Source: a virus
Virus record (IMG/VR): IMGVR_UViG_3300005573_000064
Span: 32,001-96,000 of that record
Direction: 5' to 3' (one strand)
Length of the DNA: 64,000 bases
Made by a program: the position numbers and the translations under genes. Shown here in pieces: positions 10,091 to 22,000 of the stretch (the stretch's first letter is position 1; each line of letters opens with the position of its first letter). The notes beneath the pieces were generated by a model, which searched no databases, had not been told where the DNA came from, and saw only the letters and a program-made list of their open reading frames with translations.

Positions 10091-13000
10091 TACTTAAGTA
10101 ATCTCCCGAGAATTAGTTTTTCTATCTTGGCGATATCCGCTTTGGCATCGGTGACTTTCACCGAGACGTGACTCTTGACTTTCGCCTGGGGAATATCCTG
10201 AACATTTTTAACCAGGGATGTAATATCTCCGGCCGTTTCGGAGGATACTGAGATGTGATCTTCAACGTGCGGATCCGGGGGCGGACTTACCGGTTGAACG
10301 GCTCCGTATATTGCGGGGGTCCTTGGAATCATGTTATCAAACGCCATCTTGCCCGAGTACTCGGGGCCTGAGGCCAGGCTCGTAATCTGGCGCGTGTCAT
10401 TTCTTATTATAGCCCGTTTCTCGGTCCCCGAGAGAAACACCCTTCGTTCAGCGGGCATATCACTGCGGCCCGATCTCTTGAACGAGGTCAGGATGGTTCT
10501 CACCTCCTGCAGGTTGACGCCTCTCCCGCGCACCTTCCTGGTGGCCGTGTTGTTTCTTAGCCAGTAGTACAGGTCATTCTCCGAAATATTGAAGCGTTCG
10601 AAGACGGCTTTATGCAGAGTCTCAAGAGAAACCCCCATGATTTCGGAATCTCTTCTGGTTGCGGCCAGCCGTATCTCGCCATCTATCGCGGCCTTGATCG
10701 GGTCGACCCTGGACTTGTCCTTATAATCCCTGAGCTTCCTCCGCTGTTCCTCGGTGTTCATCTCCCCGCTTGTTTCCAAATTTTGGTGAGGCGTAAGGCT
10801 TGAATCGCCTAGAACGTTACCCTCGGTATCCTTTGGAAGCATGGCTTTATATGCGTCCAGCAGGGCCTTGTCCACTTCCTCCTCGCTTACTTTAATTTCA
10901 ACTTTTTTTACCAAAAGGTTTGTAGGTTCGATATTGCGAAGCGACTTGCCAAAATGCCGTTCAAGCTCCGAAAAACCAGGAACGTCAAAAGTAGCGGTCA
11001 AAGTATCAATGGATGTTTTCGCCCAGGGACGATACCTGAGTCTGGCTACGAAATCCAAATATCGCTCCTGTTCAAATTCATCCGGCAGATAATCCTCGTG
11101 CACTATCATTTCGGGGTGTGCTGAAGTGGCGGGGTTTATGTCTCTAAGTTTTGACTGGATAAAATATTCATCCTCCTTGCCAAGGAAGCCCTTTATAAGT
11201 TTAGGATATTTTAGGTATGCGCGTTGCTCGGATGCCGATAGCGAACTTAACTTTCGCGCTATCTCCTCCTCCTCCGTTCTACTCGAGACGGGATCGCTCC
11301 TGTACATGTAGTGCTTTTTAAAGAAATCATACAGCTCCAATTCATATAACGTGGTTTTTCCGTTAACCGCTCTGATTCCCTCGTATGCGTAATCGAATAT
11401 CTGTTCGGTGCTAAGAACTATTCCATCATAGGTATGAAAGGCTTTTCTATATAACAGACTTAGCTTCTTATCCGCCACTATATGGGACCTTGGAATATCC
11501 TTGGGAATATCAACAAGTCCCCTATAGTACGAGGCGATACGCTCCTCTTCACTTAAGCCGGTGTATTTTGCGAAGGCGTCCTCTATGCTCTTGCCGGTAT
11601 TGACCGAATCCTGTGTCAGACTAGGAAGAATCTTTTTCCTGTACATTCCGAGCATGTAGTCGTGGTACTCTAGAGACGCCACTCTCGCATTCATTTTCGC
11701 CCCCCACGCTTTTATCTTGCTAGGTCTTTTAACCTTGACTCTCTTGGGTTTCACAAGAGCCTGGGATTGCTCGGTAATCCTGTTCATCGTATTAACATGT
11801 TCGGATAGATCCTTTTCGATGCTGCTATTCCCTAACCTTAAAGCCATCTTGAAGTTACGCATTACAATCTTGAGAGGGTCGGTGACGGAATGCTCCTTGA
11901 ACGTACCCAGGATTCTAGCCCACAATCTGGAGGCCCAGCCCTTCTCACCCACGCCCCAGTGTGAAGTGGCTATGTAATGGGATATCTCTCTGGCTTTATT
12001 AAGAGAATACCTGGCCCCTCTCGCAAGATGGGAGAATAATCTGGCTGCGGGAGATTTAAGAGAGTCAGACCCCATCCTCGCCTGAGGCGAATTTTTCGGA
12101 AAGAGATAATAGTACCTTTTATGGTAGGGATCTTGAATCTGTGCAAACTGTTTGAGAATATGATCGATGTTATACTGTGCGGTGGATTCTCTGTCAAACG
12201 GCCCATCGGTACCTACGCCCCCTTCCAGATATCCTCTTATCCAACTAGGCAGTCTCTTGTAATTTCCGTAAGTTATTGCATACTCCCTTATGGGATGCGC
12301 TTCGGCAAAATTATCCAGTGTTTCAGTATCCACGGCCCCCCAACGGGCGTTCGCCATATCCACCGCGCCATAACCGGGTACTAGTTTTATTTTTATCCAG
12401 TCTCTATTTCTTGGTTCCCATCCCGTTCTGTTTTCAATATCAATGAGGTTGCTCTCAAGCCTGTCGCTGCTAAAAGTCAGCACCACCATAGGGCCTGTGC
12501 CTTTGGGGTAAGCTGCGTGCACTCGATATTTTTTAGGAAGATAGTTGGGATAACAGCAGAGTATTTTGTCAGCTTCAGACATGCCTTTAGCCATATCTGG
12601 CCACATATAGGCCCCCGGCCCGTAATGGTGAATATAAAAGGTTTCAGGCTTGGCTCCCCACGTAAACACGCCATTCCTTCCGCCAATCGGGATGGCGTGG
12701 AACAAGGCGCCTGACATATTATCCCACCTATCGGAATCACCACCGTATTCGCCCTCCTCCCATCCCCTAACCACTTGTCTAAGATCCCTGTCGGAGGAAT
12801 AGTCCGTAAATAGAAAAGCCTGTACCGAGGACCTGGTAACGGTGGGAGACGCCATGCGATTAACCGTCTTGTAATTAAAAGCGCTCCGAGGAGGAATAAA
12901 GCTCGCTATGGCGAAGGCCATGGCTATTGAGGCGAGAATTGTTAGACCCATGCCTCCTTCCAGACTCTTCATGGCGGCTTTCAAGGCATCCACGCGGGAA

Positions 13001-16000
13001 TGCTCCTTGAAGGTGCCCAGGATTCTGGCCCACAATCTGGAGGCCCACCCCTTCTCGCCAACGCTCCAGTGGCTTATGATGTAGCGACCCAGCTGTCTCG
13101 CCTTGTCAAGCGCGTGAGGAAGGAAGCCTTTTCCAAGAACCCTTCTAGCGATGGGGGATATCGAGGCTCTGGTCAGACTGCGAAATCTGCCAGGGCTCCA
13201 GCGCCTTCTAGCGTGGGAGGGCGGAAGCGAAAGCGGGGATAATGTTTCATCCATATTTAGTTGATCAACTTTGGATTCCTCGTACTTTTCTTCGAAGGGA
13301 TTCTTCTCTTCCTCCTTGGAAGGTATTACAGCCTCTCCTCCGATTATCCTATCTATTTCATCCTGGCTAAACACATATCCCGGTTCCTTTGACAGATAGG
13401 CTTTATATAACTCACTTTCCAGCCCCATTGCATTAATGTTTCTAGAAAAATCTTCATCAGCAGCTTCGGGATCGAGATACTTAGCAAAGTAATGGCGAGG
13501 GAGCGTTGCTTCAAAGCCTATGGCTTTGATATAGCCTTTAAGTCTTTTCGTGGCTTTATCTCTGCGACCTCCCACTTTCCTTGCCAATTCGTTAAGCATA
13601 TCATCATTGGATTTACGGATCGGAGGAGTTAGCTCTCCAGCCTGAGCCCTGTAAAACACTCTTCGCATTATACTGCCTTCAGGACCTGGTCCGAATATCT
13701 CGTACCATATGAGGGACATGAACTCGTTGGCTTTTTGCTCCTCCTCGCCACCAGGATGCACATAACTAGACATGGCACTCATGCGAGCTTTCGTTAGTCT
13801 GCCCTTATCTATAAGATTCCCACGAGAAAATTTCCCAATAGCTATACTAAAGTTGAAGGGGGTTTCGCCAGACATATCGATAGGAATCTCGTGTAAAATA
13901 AGGTCTCTGGCCAAGGAGGAATTTGCATATCTGGAGAAGTGAGTGATTGCTCTGACGCCTTCTATAATGTGTTCTTTATGAAATTTGACCCTCGCCCTTT
14001 GGAGCTCGTCTTGTGGTATTGACCGAAATGTTCTTGTCTGATCCAGCTTAAGATACTCAATGAAGGACAGCGCGTGGCCAAACTCATGAGCCATCGATGC
14101 CGCGATCAGCTCCTCGTCAGACAAATTCCCGAAAGATTTGTGCTGAGATCTCATTAGATCGAAAACGTCACGATTTTCGGCCCATGCGCTCCTATCGTGA
14201 GGTAGCTGAATAAGTCCGTAGTCACATATAGGTGCAAAAGCTGGCTCGGAGAAGGGATACGCACTTATATCCACAAAAGCCAACACCGGGTACTTACGAA
14301 TTATGTGCTTGTACACTCTACTGGCCAGGGGAAGGTCCTTTAGAATTATAAGATTAGTGGTTACGGTGCTATGCTGTCGCAGGTTGACACTCCCGCTTAG
14401 CCAATGCATAAAGTCTTCATCCGAAACCTCGGGCGCAGTCTGGGAGCCGGACCACCCCATCCGATCCAAAGCGTACGCTGCGGCACGCAGCGGCTCAAGT
14501 GTTGAATGCTCCTTGAACGTCCCTAGAATTCTAGCCCATAGTCTGGAGGCCCAGCCCTTCTCACCTACGCCCCAATGGCTTATGACATAGCGACCCAACT
14601 GTCTCGCCTTGTCAAGCGCGTGAGGAATGAAGCCTTTTCCAAGAACCCTTCTATCGATGGGGGATATCGAGGCTCCGGTCAGACTGCGAAATCTGCCAAG
14701 GCTCCAGCGCCTTCTAGCGCGGGAGGAGGAAAGTGAAAGCGGTGGTAATGTTCTAGCCATATTTATAGGTATGGAAGGTAGCGTATTCAGTATTACCAAT
14801 ACTTTTTCCAGGCCGTACTTATCCGATAGCGCCTTAAGTTGGTCACCGGCCTCCAAGGAATTCCTATTTATGCCTCTAATTTCCTCGGCTATCTTTCTTA
14901 CTTCATCCTCACCGTATGCGGAGAAAACATCGTTAAGGTTTGACCTTTGGTACCCTTCGATACGTAACTCGCTCTCACTCTTCTCCATTAGGGGTATTGG
15001 AATAACTCCTCCGGTTATTCTGCTTATTTCATTGGGACTAAATACGAATCCCTCCCCTTTCGCCAAATAGGTTTCGTATAACTTGTTATGCGCTCTTAAA
15101 TTAATGGATAACTGCCTGGGGTTCCTCTCTAAATAACGACCAAAGTATGCATTAAAGTACTCGTCAGGAGTCATTACCCCATAGCCCATGGCTTTGATAA
15201 AGCCTTCAAGTCTTTCCGTGGCTTTGTCTCTGCGACCTCCCGCTGTCCTTGCCAATTCGTTAAACACATCCTCGTTGGATCTGCGGGCCCGAGGAGTTAG
15301 CTTTCCGGCCTGGACCATATGGAATATTCTTCGCATTATACTGCCTTCAGGACCTGGTCCGAACATCTCGTACCACGTGCGGGACATGAACTCGTTGGCT
15401 TTTTGCTCCTCCTCGCCACCAGGATGCACATGAAGACTTATGGCATCCATGCGAGCCTTCGTTAGTCTGTCCTGGTCTATAAGACCCCACAGAGAAACTT
15501 TAGAAACAAAGTTACTCAGATTAAAGGAGAGTCCGTTACGCCTATTGATAGGAATCTCGTATAAAATAAGGTCTTTGGCAAAGGGGGAATTTGCATACCT
15601 GGAGAAGTGAGTAACTATTCTGGTGTTTTCTATAATGTTTTCTATTGCAAATTTGTGCGATACTCTTAGGAACTCGTTTCGTAACGTTGAGTCAAACGAC
15701 TCATATGACGCATTCGGATCAAGCTTAAGGTGCTCCAAGGCGGACAGCGCATGACCAAACTCATGAGCCATCGCTGTCGCGACCACCTCCTCGTCAGACA
15801 AATTCCCGAAAAATTTGTGCTGAGCTCTAATTAGATCGAAAAACTCCCTGTACTTAGGCCACTCGCTCCTATCGTGAGGTAAATACATAATTAGAGAGTA
15901 ATACTGAAATTCAAACCCCGGCTCATCGATGGGGAACCGACCTATATCCACATAACTTAAAATCGGGTACTTACTAATTAAGTGCTTGTACACTCTACTT

Positions 16001-19000
16001 AGCAGAGGCAGATCTTTTAGGATATCAAGATTTTTGATTATGGTGTCACGTTGCCCCTCATTAACAGCCCCGCTTAGCCAATGCATAAAGTCTTCATCCG
16101 AAATCTTAGGCGCAGTCTGGGAGCCGGACCACCCCATCCGATCCAAAGCGTACGCTGCGGCACGCAGCGGCTCAAGCGATGAGTGCTCCTTGAACGTGCC
16201 TAGAATTCTAGCCCACAGTCTGGAGGCCCAGCCCTTCTCGCCAACGCCCCAATGGCTTATGACATAACGACCCAATTGTCTCGCCTTGTCAAGCGCGTGA
16301 GGAATGAAGCCTTTTCCAAGAACCCTTCTAGCGATGGGGGATATCGAGGCTCCGGTCAGACTGCGAAATCTGCCAAGGCTCCAGCGCCTTCTCTCGCGAG
16401 ATGGCGGCATCAGGAATGCGGAGGACCCTATGATTCCGTTTGAGGGCATCCCATTCGGCTCAGCATTCGCCATTACCGTTTTGACTGCGTTGGGCGCCAT
16501 CCCGGGATCAGGCCCAGGTCCGAAATTTTGCTTCAGATAGAGATCATACGCCTTGAATGCATCTTCCTCCGCCTGTGCCGAAAGGAGGCCTTCCTTAACC
16601 AGAAAGATATACTCTTCGGGTGTTGTATTAAGCCCCTGGGCTTCGAAGTACTTTCGCAGCCTTAGGTCGCTTTCCCTCTGAAGCCGTCTGGCCTTTTCCA
16701 GGGTTCGAGCCAGCCTCTCATCACCGGACATTCTAATCGGGGGAGTTAGCTTTCCGGCCTGAGCCATGTCGAACATTCTTCGCATTACACTGCCTTCAGG
16801 ACCCGGGCCACGTAGCTTGTACCACATGCGGAACATGTACTCATTGGCTATTTGCTCGTCCTCCTGCGTGGTGTGCATCCAGCGGTTCCAGGCATAGATG
16901 CGGGCTTCGGTAAGCTTGGTGGTGTCTAGGAATTTCGCAGAACGGAATGTATTAAGTCTGTCAATAGCTGACTGATCCTCCCAAGTAGGGAGTTGTGATA
17001 AAATAAGATCCCTGTACAAAGAGGACTTCGCATATCGAGATCCCGTAATGGCTCTTCTAATGCTTTCCGTAATTGGTGTTGTCCAGTACATCCTTTCCGT
17101 CTTTGACACCTGCATGCTCATGGCATTACTTAACGATACTCTCCGATTGACACCGAAAGTCTTATACGCATCCAAAGCGTGCCCGAATTCATGGGCTAAT
17201 ACCACTGCAGCCGTCTCCTCGTCAGATAACTTTCCTAAGGCTTTATATTGCATTTTGGTCGCTTTCAGAAGTTTATCTCTTACATCTCCCCTAACTATGG
17301 AGAATAGGTGAACGATCCCGTACTCGGAGTTCGGATCAAAACGCGGAGATTGAGACGTATCAGTGCTTATTTTCACAAAAGCCAGAGTCGGGCTTCTAAG
17401 AATTACGTGCTTATACATGCTCCTGACAAGGTTAAGATCCTTTAGGAGATTAAGATTTTCAATTATGGTGTCACGTTGCCGCTCATCGATAATCCCGCTT
17501 AGCGAACTTATAAAAGCTTCGTCCGAAACCTCAGGTGCAGGCTGGAAGTTGAACCCCATCTGAGTCAAAGCGTACACTGCGGCACGCAGTGGCTCAAGCG
17601 ATGAGTGCTCCTTGAACGTGCCCAGGATTCTGGCCCACAATCTGGAGGCCCACCCCTTCTCACCCACGCCCCAATGGCTGATGACATAACGACCCAATTG
17701 TCTCGCCTTGTCAAGCGCGTGAGGAAGGAAGCCTTTTCCAAGAACCCTTCTGGCGATGGGGGATATCGAGGCTCCGGTCAGACTACGAAATCTGCCAAGG
17801 CTCCAGCGCCTTCTCTCGCGAGATGGCGGCATCAGTAATGCGGAGGACCATGTGATTCCCTTTGAGGGCATGCCGTTCGGCTCAGCGTCCGCCATTACCG
17901 TTTTGGCTGCGGTGGGCGCCATCCCGGAATCAAATCCGCGTTCGGAATTTTGCTTCAGATAGAGATCATACGCCTCGGATGCGGCCTCCTCCGCCCCTGG
18001 CGGGAGGTGCCCTTCACTAACAATATTGACAAAACCTTCGGGTGTGATATTAAGTTTATGAGCTTCAAAGAACTTTCGCAGCTTCCGGTCGCTTTCCTTC
18101 CTAAGCCGTCTGGCCTTTTCCAGGGTTCGAGCCAGCCTCTCATCACCGGACATTCTAATCGGGGGAGTTAGCTTTCCGGCCTGAGCCATGTCGAACATTC
18201 TTCGCATTACACTGCCTTCAGGACCCGGGCCACGTAGCTTGTACATCATGAGGAACATGTACTCGTTAGCTATCTGCTCGTCCTCCTGCGTGGTGTGCAT
18301 CCAGCGGTTCCACGCATCGATGCGGGCTTCGGTAAGCTTAGCGGTATCTAGGAATCTACTGCTGTAAAATTGCTCAAGGCCACCAACAGCGGAAGTCCTT
18401 GCACGGGTAGGTAGTTGTGATAGAATCAGGTCTCTGTGCAGAGAGGACTTCGCATATCGGGACTCCATCATGGCACTTCGAATACTTTCAGTGATCGGTG
18501 TTGTCCAGTCCGCCTTCACTTTTAGTGCCTTCTTAATTCCCCTAAGGTACCTTAACGACAGACTCTGATTGACACCAAAAGTCCTATACGCATCCAAAGC
18601 GTGTCCAAACTCATGAGCCATCGCTGCTGCAATCATCTCCTCGTCCGAAACCGCTCCCAGGGCTTTGTTCTGTGTTCTGAGTATCCTCAGAAGCAGGTCC
18701 TTATTCCTGCCACTGGCCATGGAGAGAATGTTAATGGTCCCGTATTCGGAGCCTGCATTAAAACTCGGAGGGCGGGACGTATCAGCGCTTATTTTCACAA
18801 AAGCCAGAATCGGGTTTTCAGTAATTATGTGCTTGTACATCCTCCCGACCAGAGGAAGGTTTCTTAGGAGATTAAGATTTTCGATTATGGTTTCACGCTG
18901 TCGCCAATTGATAATCCCGCTTAGCGAACTCAGAAAGGCTTCGTCCGAAACCTCGGGCGCAGTCTGGGAGCCGGACCACCCCATCTGAGTCGCAGCATAC

Positions 19001-22000
19001 GCTGCGGCACGCAGCGGCTCAAGTGACGAATGCTCCTTGAATGTACCTAGTAGCGTAGCCAGCAGTCGGGAGGCCGGCCCTTTCTCTCCAACGCCCCAGT
19101 GCTTGACAAGATAGGATGAAAAGACTCTCGCTTTCCGTAGCGCCCATCCCGTTCTTATATCGGAAGGAATTGCGGCCACGACTCCCGGGCCTCCCTTTCT
19201 CTTAAAGAGATTAAGAAAGCTTTTTAGCGGATTCCACGCGAGTTTTCCTATCCCGCCAGTATACTCGACAGCCCATTGACTAGACCTATAGTAAACTCCG
19301 AGTGAGTCCAGAATCTTCTTTTCCATCTGCACAAGGTCAGTCTCGTTCCTTGTAAGAAAGGCGTAATGGGATGTTATGGATCTTGGATTCTCAAGGGATT
19401 TTTTAAAGGCTCTGATAACTCTGCCATAATCGCCACTCTGTACGCTCTCCAAGCCCTTCTGTATTCTTCTCTCTATTAAGTCTTTATTTGTAAGTGTTAT
19501 ATTGCCTCTGTAAGCCATGGACATTAGAGTCTCGTAGGCAAACGCATCGGCATAAACTTCGGCCGGATTTTCTCTGTAGATAATGTTTCCGTATAGGAGT
19601 TTAAGATACGGATTGACGGATGACCTGCGGAACCTTAACTTGCTTGCCGCCCTTCTCCTCCATACTCGGTTTCTAATATCCTCAAACGCATCCTCGCTGA
19701 ATACGCCCATTTCCGAGCTGGCTATCTTGTTTCCAACATCCAGCCATCTGTGAGCATGCCCCATCTCATGAGCGAAAATGAACTTGGATAAGACCTCAGG
19801 ATCATTGGGATCAAACCCGGCACGCCCAACGAAATACCTTAAGGGAATCTGGCTGGGATCTGTGAAACTAGCCAGGGACCCTCCGGGGGGGAACACCACC
19901 TTATAGTCGCTAGGCGATTCGAAATTGCCAAAGAACATACCGGGAATTCCCGCTATAAGGAATTCGACATCAAAGTGGATGGGTATGGTTGACAGCCTGG
20001 GATCGAGCGCGATGGCTTCCTCGTACACATCCTGCAGATAATCAGGCAGGGATTGCAGCGTTTGCTGGTAGGCTCTCCTTTGAGTCTCTGTCAGTTCGGG
20101 TTTTGCGTAATCGGACCTGGTGAGCTTTCCTTCGTATATCCTTTTGGCCACGCCAAGAGCCGCTATTCGGGCCGCTGCGGCCACGGAATGGGATTTGTAC
20201 GTGCCAAGAGCGTTAGCCTGAGCCCGGGAGTGGGGACCTTTCTCTCCGACTCCCGCGTGGGAGTAGGCGATTTGGGCGGAGTAATCGTCCTTTCTCATAT
20301 GCCTGTCAATCCACCTTCCCACCGGAACCAGTATTCCCTTCATTACGTAGAAGGACGCGATATCGATTACAGGGTCTATTATCTCCTGAATAGGCAATGA
20401 CACGCTGCGCAAGGTGTCTCTTCCCAAGGCCTGCTCGATATTGCCGGTTATTTTGCCAGAGAGGCTTTGAAGAAGACTGACCCCTCTTTTAACGCTGGCG
20501 CTTTTCTCGGAAGCCCACGCGCTTCCGAAGTCGGAGCCAAGACTCCCATAGAACTCGGCCATCCCGGTTAGAAGCTTTGCCGCCCCCTCCCTTACCGAAG
20601 GATAGCGAACGAGCTGATGACTAAGGTACTGGGAGACGGGATAGGAAATGGCCTCCTTGGCCACCCAAGGCAGGGATGAGACAAACTGCCCCAGTGTTTG
20701 GTCGCCTGCCGCGTAGCCTAAAAGCGAACGTATGGCCTTTCCGGTTCCGAAGGATATGAAGAGTCGGGGGTAGCTTCCGGAGACATGAGCGAGCCCGGCT
20801 ATGATTTTACCGGCCGTAGGCTCGTCCTCCGACAATTTGGCCGCCTGCAGCCACCCTCGTCTGAACAGAGAAGCCGCATGCAAAAGCGTCCAGTGGCCGG
20901 CCAAAAACATAGCGCCTTTCATAAGAGGATTATTTGAGTAATTGTCGTCCTCCACCGGGGAGCCGGGGCCGCTGCCTAGATTGCCGACCCAGTTGGCCTC
21001 GTCCCAGCTGTACGCTCTGTTATTGGTTGCCGACCAGCGCTGCGCGATTCGGTCCTCGGCCTCCCGTCTCGCCTCGTCCCTTCTCTTCTCAGATTGATTT
21101 ATGACATGATATAATCCGTAAGCGGCCCCTATCACCCCGAGAGCCGCAAGTCCGTAGCCTACGGGCTTTTTATTCTTGTCGAACCAGTCAAACAGGGAAT
21201 CCCACATCGAACCGGTGGGGGGCTCGCCCCCTCCTCCGATCCCGCCTCCGGCTTCGGGCGGCACACCGGTACCTCCGCCTGCACTCCCGGCCCCGGCCAC
21301 TCCTCCGGTGCTTCCTTCGGCCGCGCGTACGCTCTCGCTTTCCCTTAGTTTCCTTTGCCGTCTGCGTTCTCGCGCTTCATCCCGCTGTTTCAGCAGCTTA
21401 TCCAGTTTCTGCTTTCTAGCCTTTTCCCACTGTTCGTTCTGACGCCTCCATTCCTCCTCTTGCTGACGCTGTCGCTCCTCCTTCGCTTGTTGCTCCCGTA
21501 TCCTAGTTTGCTCCTTCGCTTTCGCCTCTTCCTCTATGCGCTGCAGGATCCTTTCGCTTCGGTTTCTTTCGATCTCCTGTCTGGCCTCCCACTCCGACAT
21601 GGCCTTCTCGTACTCACGCTTGTACTCCGGGTCGGAAGCCAGCCTCTCCTCGTGAATCTTTCTTTGCTCCTCTAACCGCTCTCGGAACGACCTGTCCTGC
21701 TCCTCCTGTAATTTTCTGAACTCCTCAAGCCTCTCGAATGTTGAAGGGGATTGTGGGGACTCGGAGTTCAGCTTCGCGTAAATCTCCGCCCACCCGGTAG
21801 CACGCTTGGAGGTCCTTCTCCACATCGCCTCCACCTTACCGGGAATAGGAGTTGAGGCGCCATGCTTTTTCTTCCACCATTCCGCCATCCGGTTGACATA
21901 TGTTTCCTCGGGCTCGATAAGACCGGTCATGCGGCCTGTTAGAAGAGAGTGGTGGAACGCTATGGTCCTTGGATTGCGCATGGACCTTTCAAAGGCCTCC

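Noticed and set aside
12997-19101. Diversity-generating retroelement TR/VR pair
   Set aside because: No reverse transcriptase in the window. Differences between repeat copies appear mostly synonymous and not restricted to adenines, and all copies are in frame within one gene.
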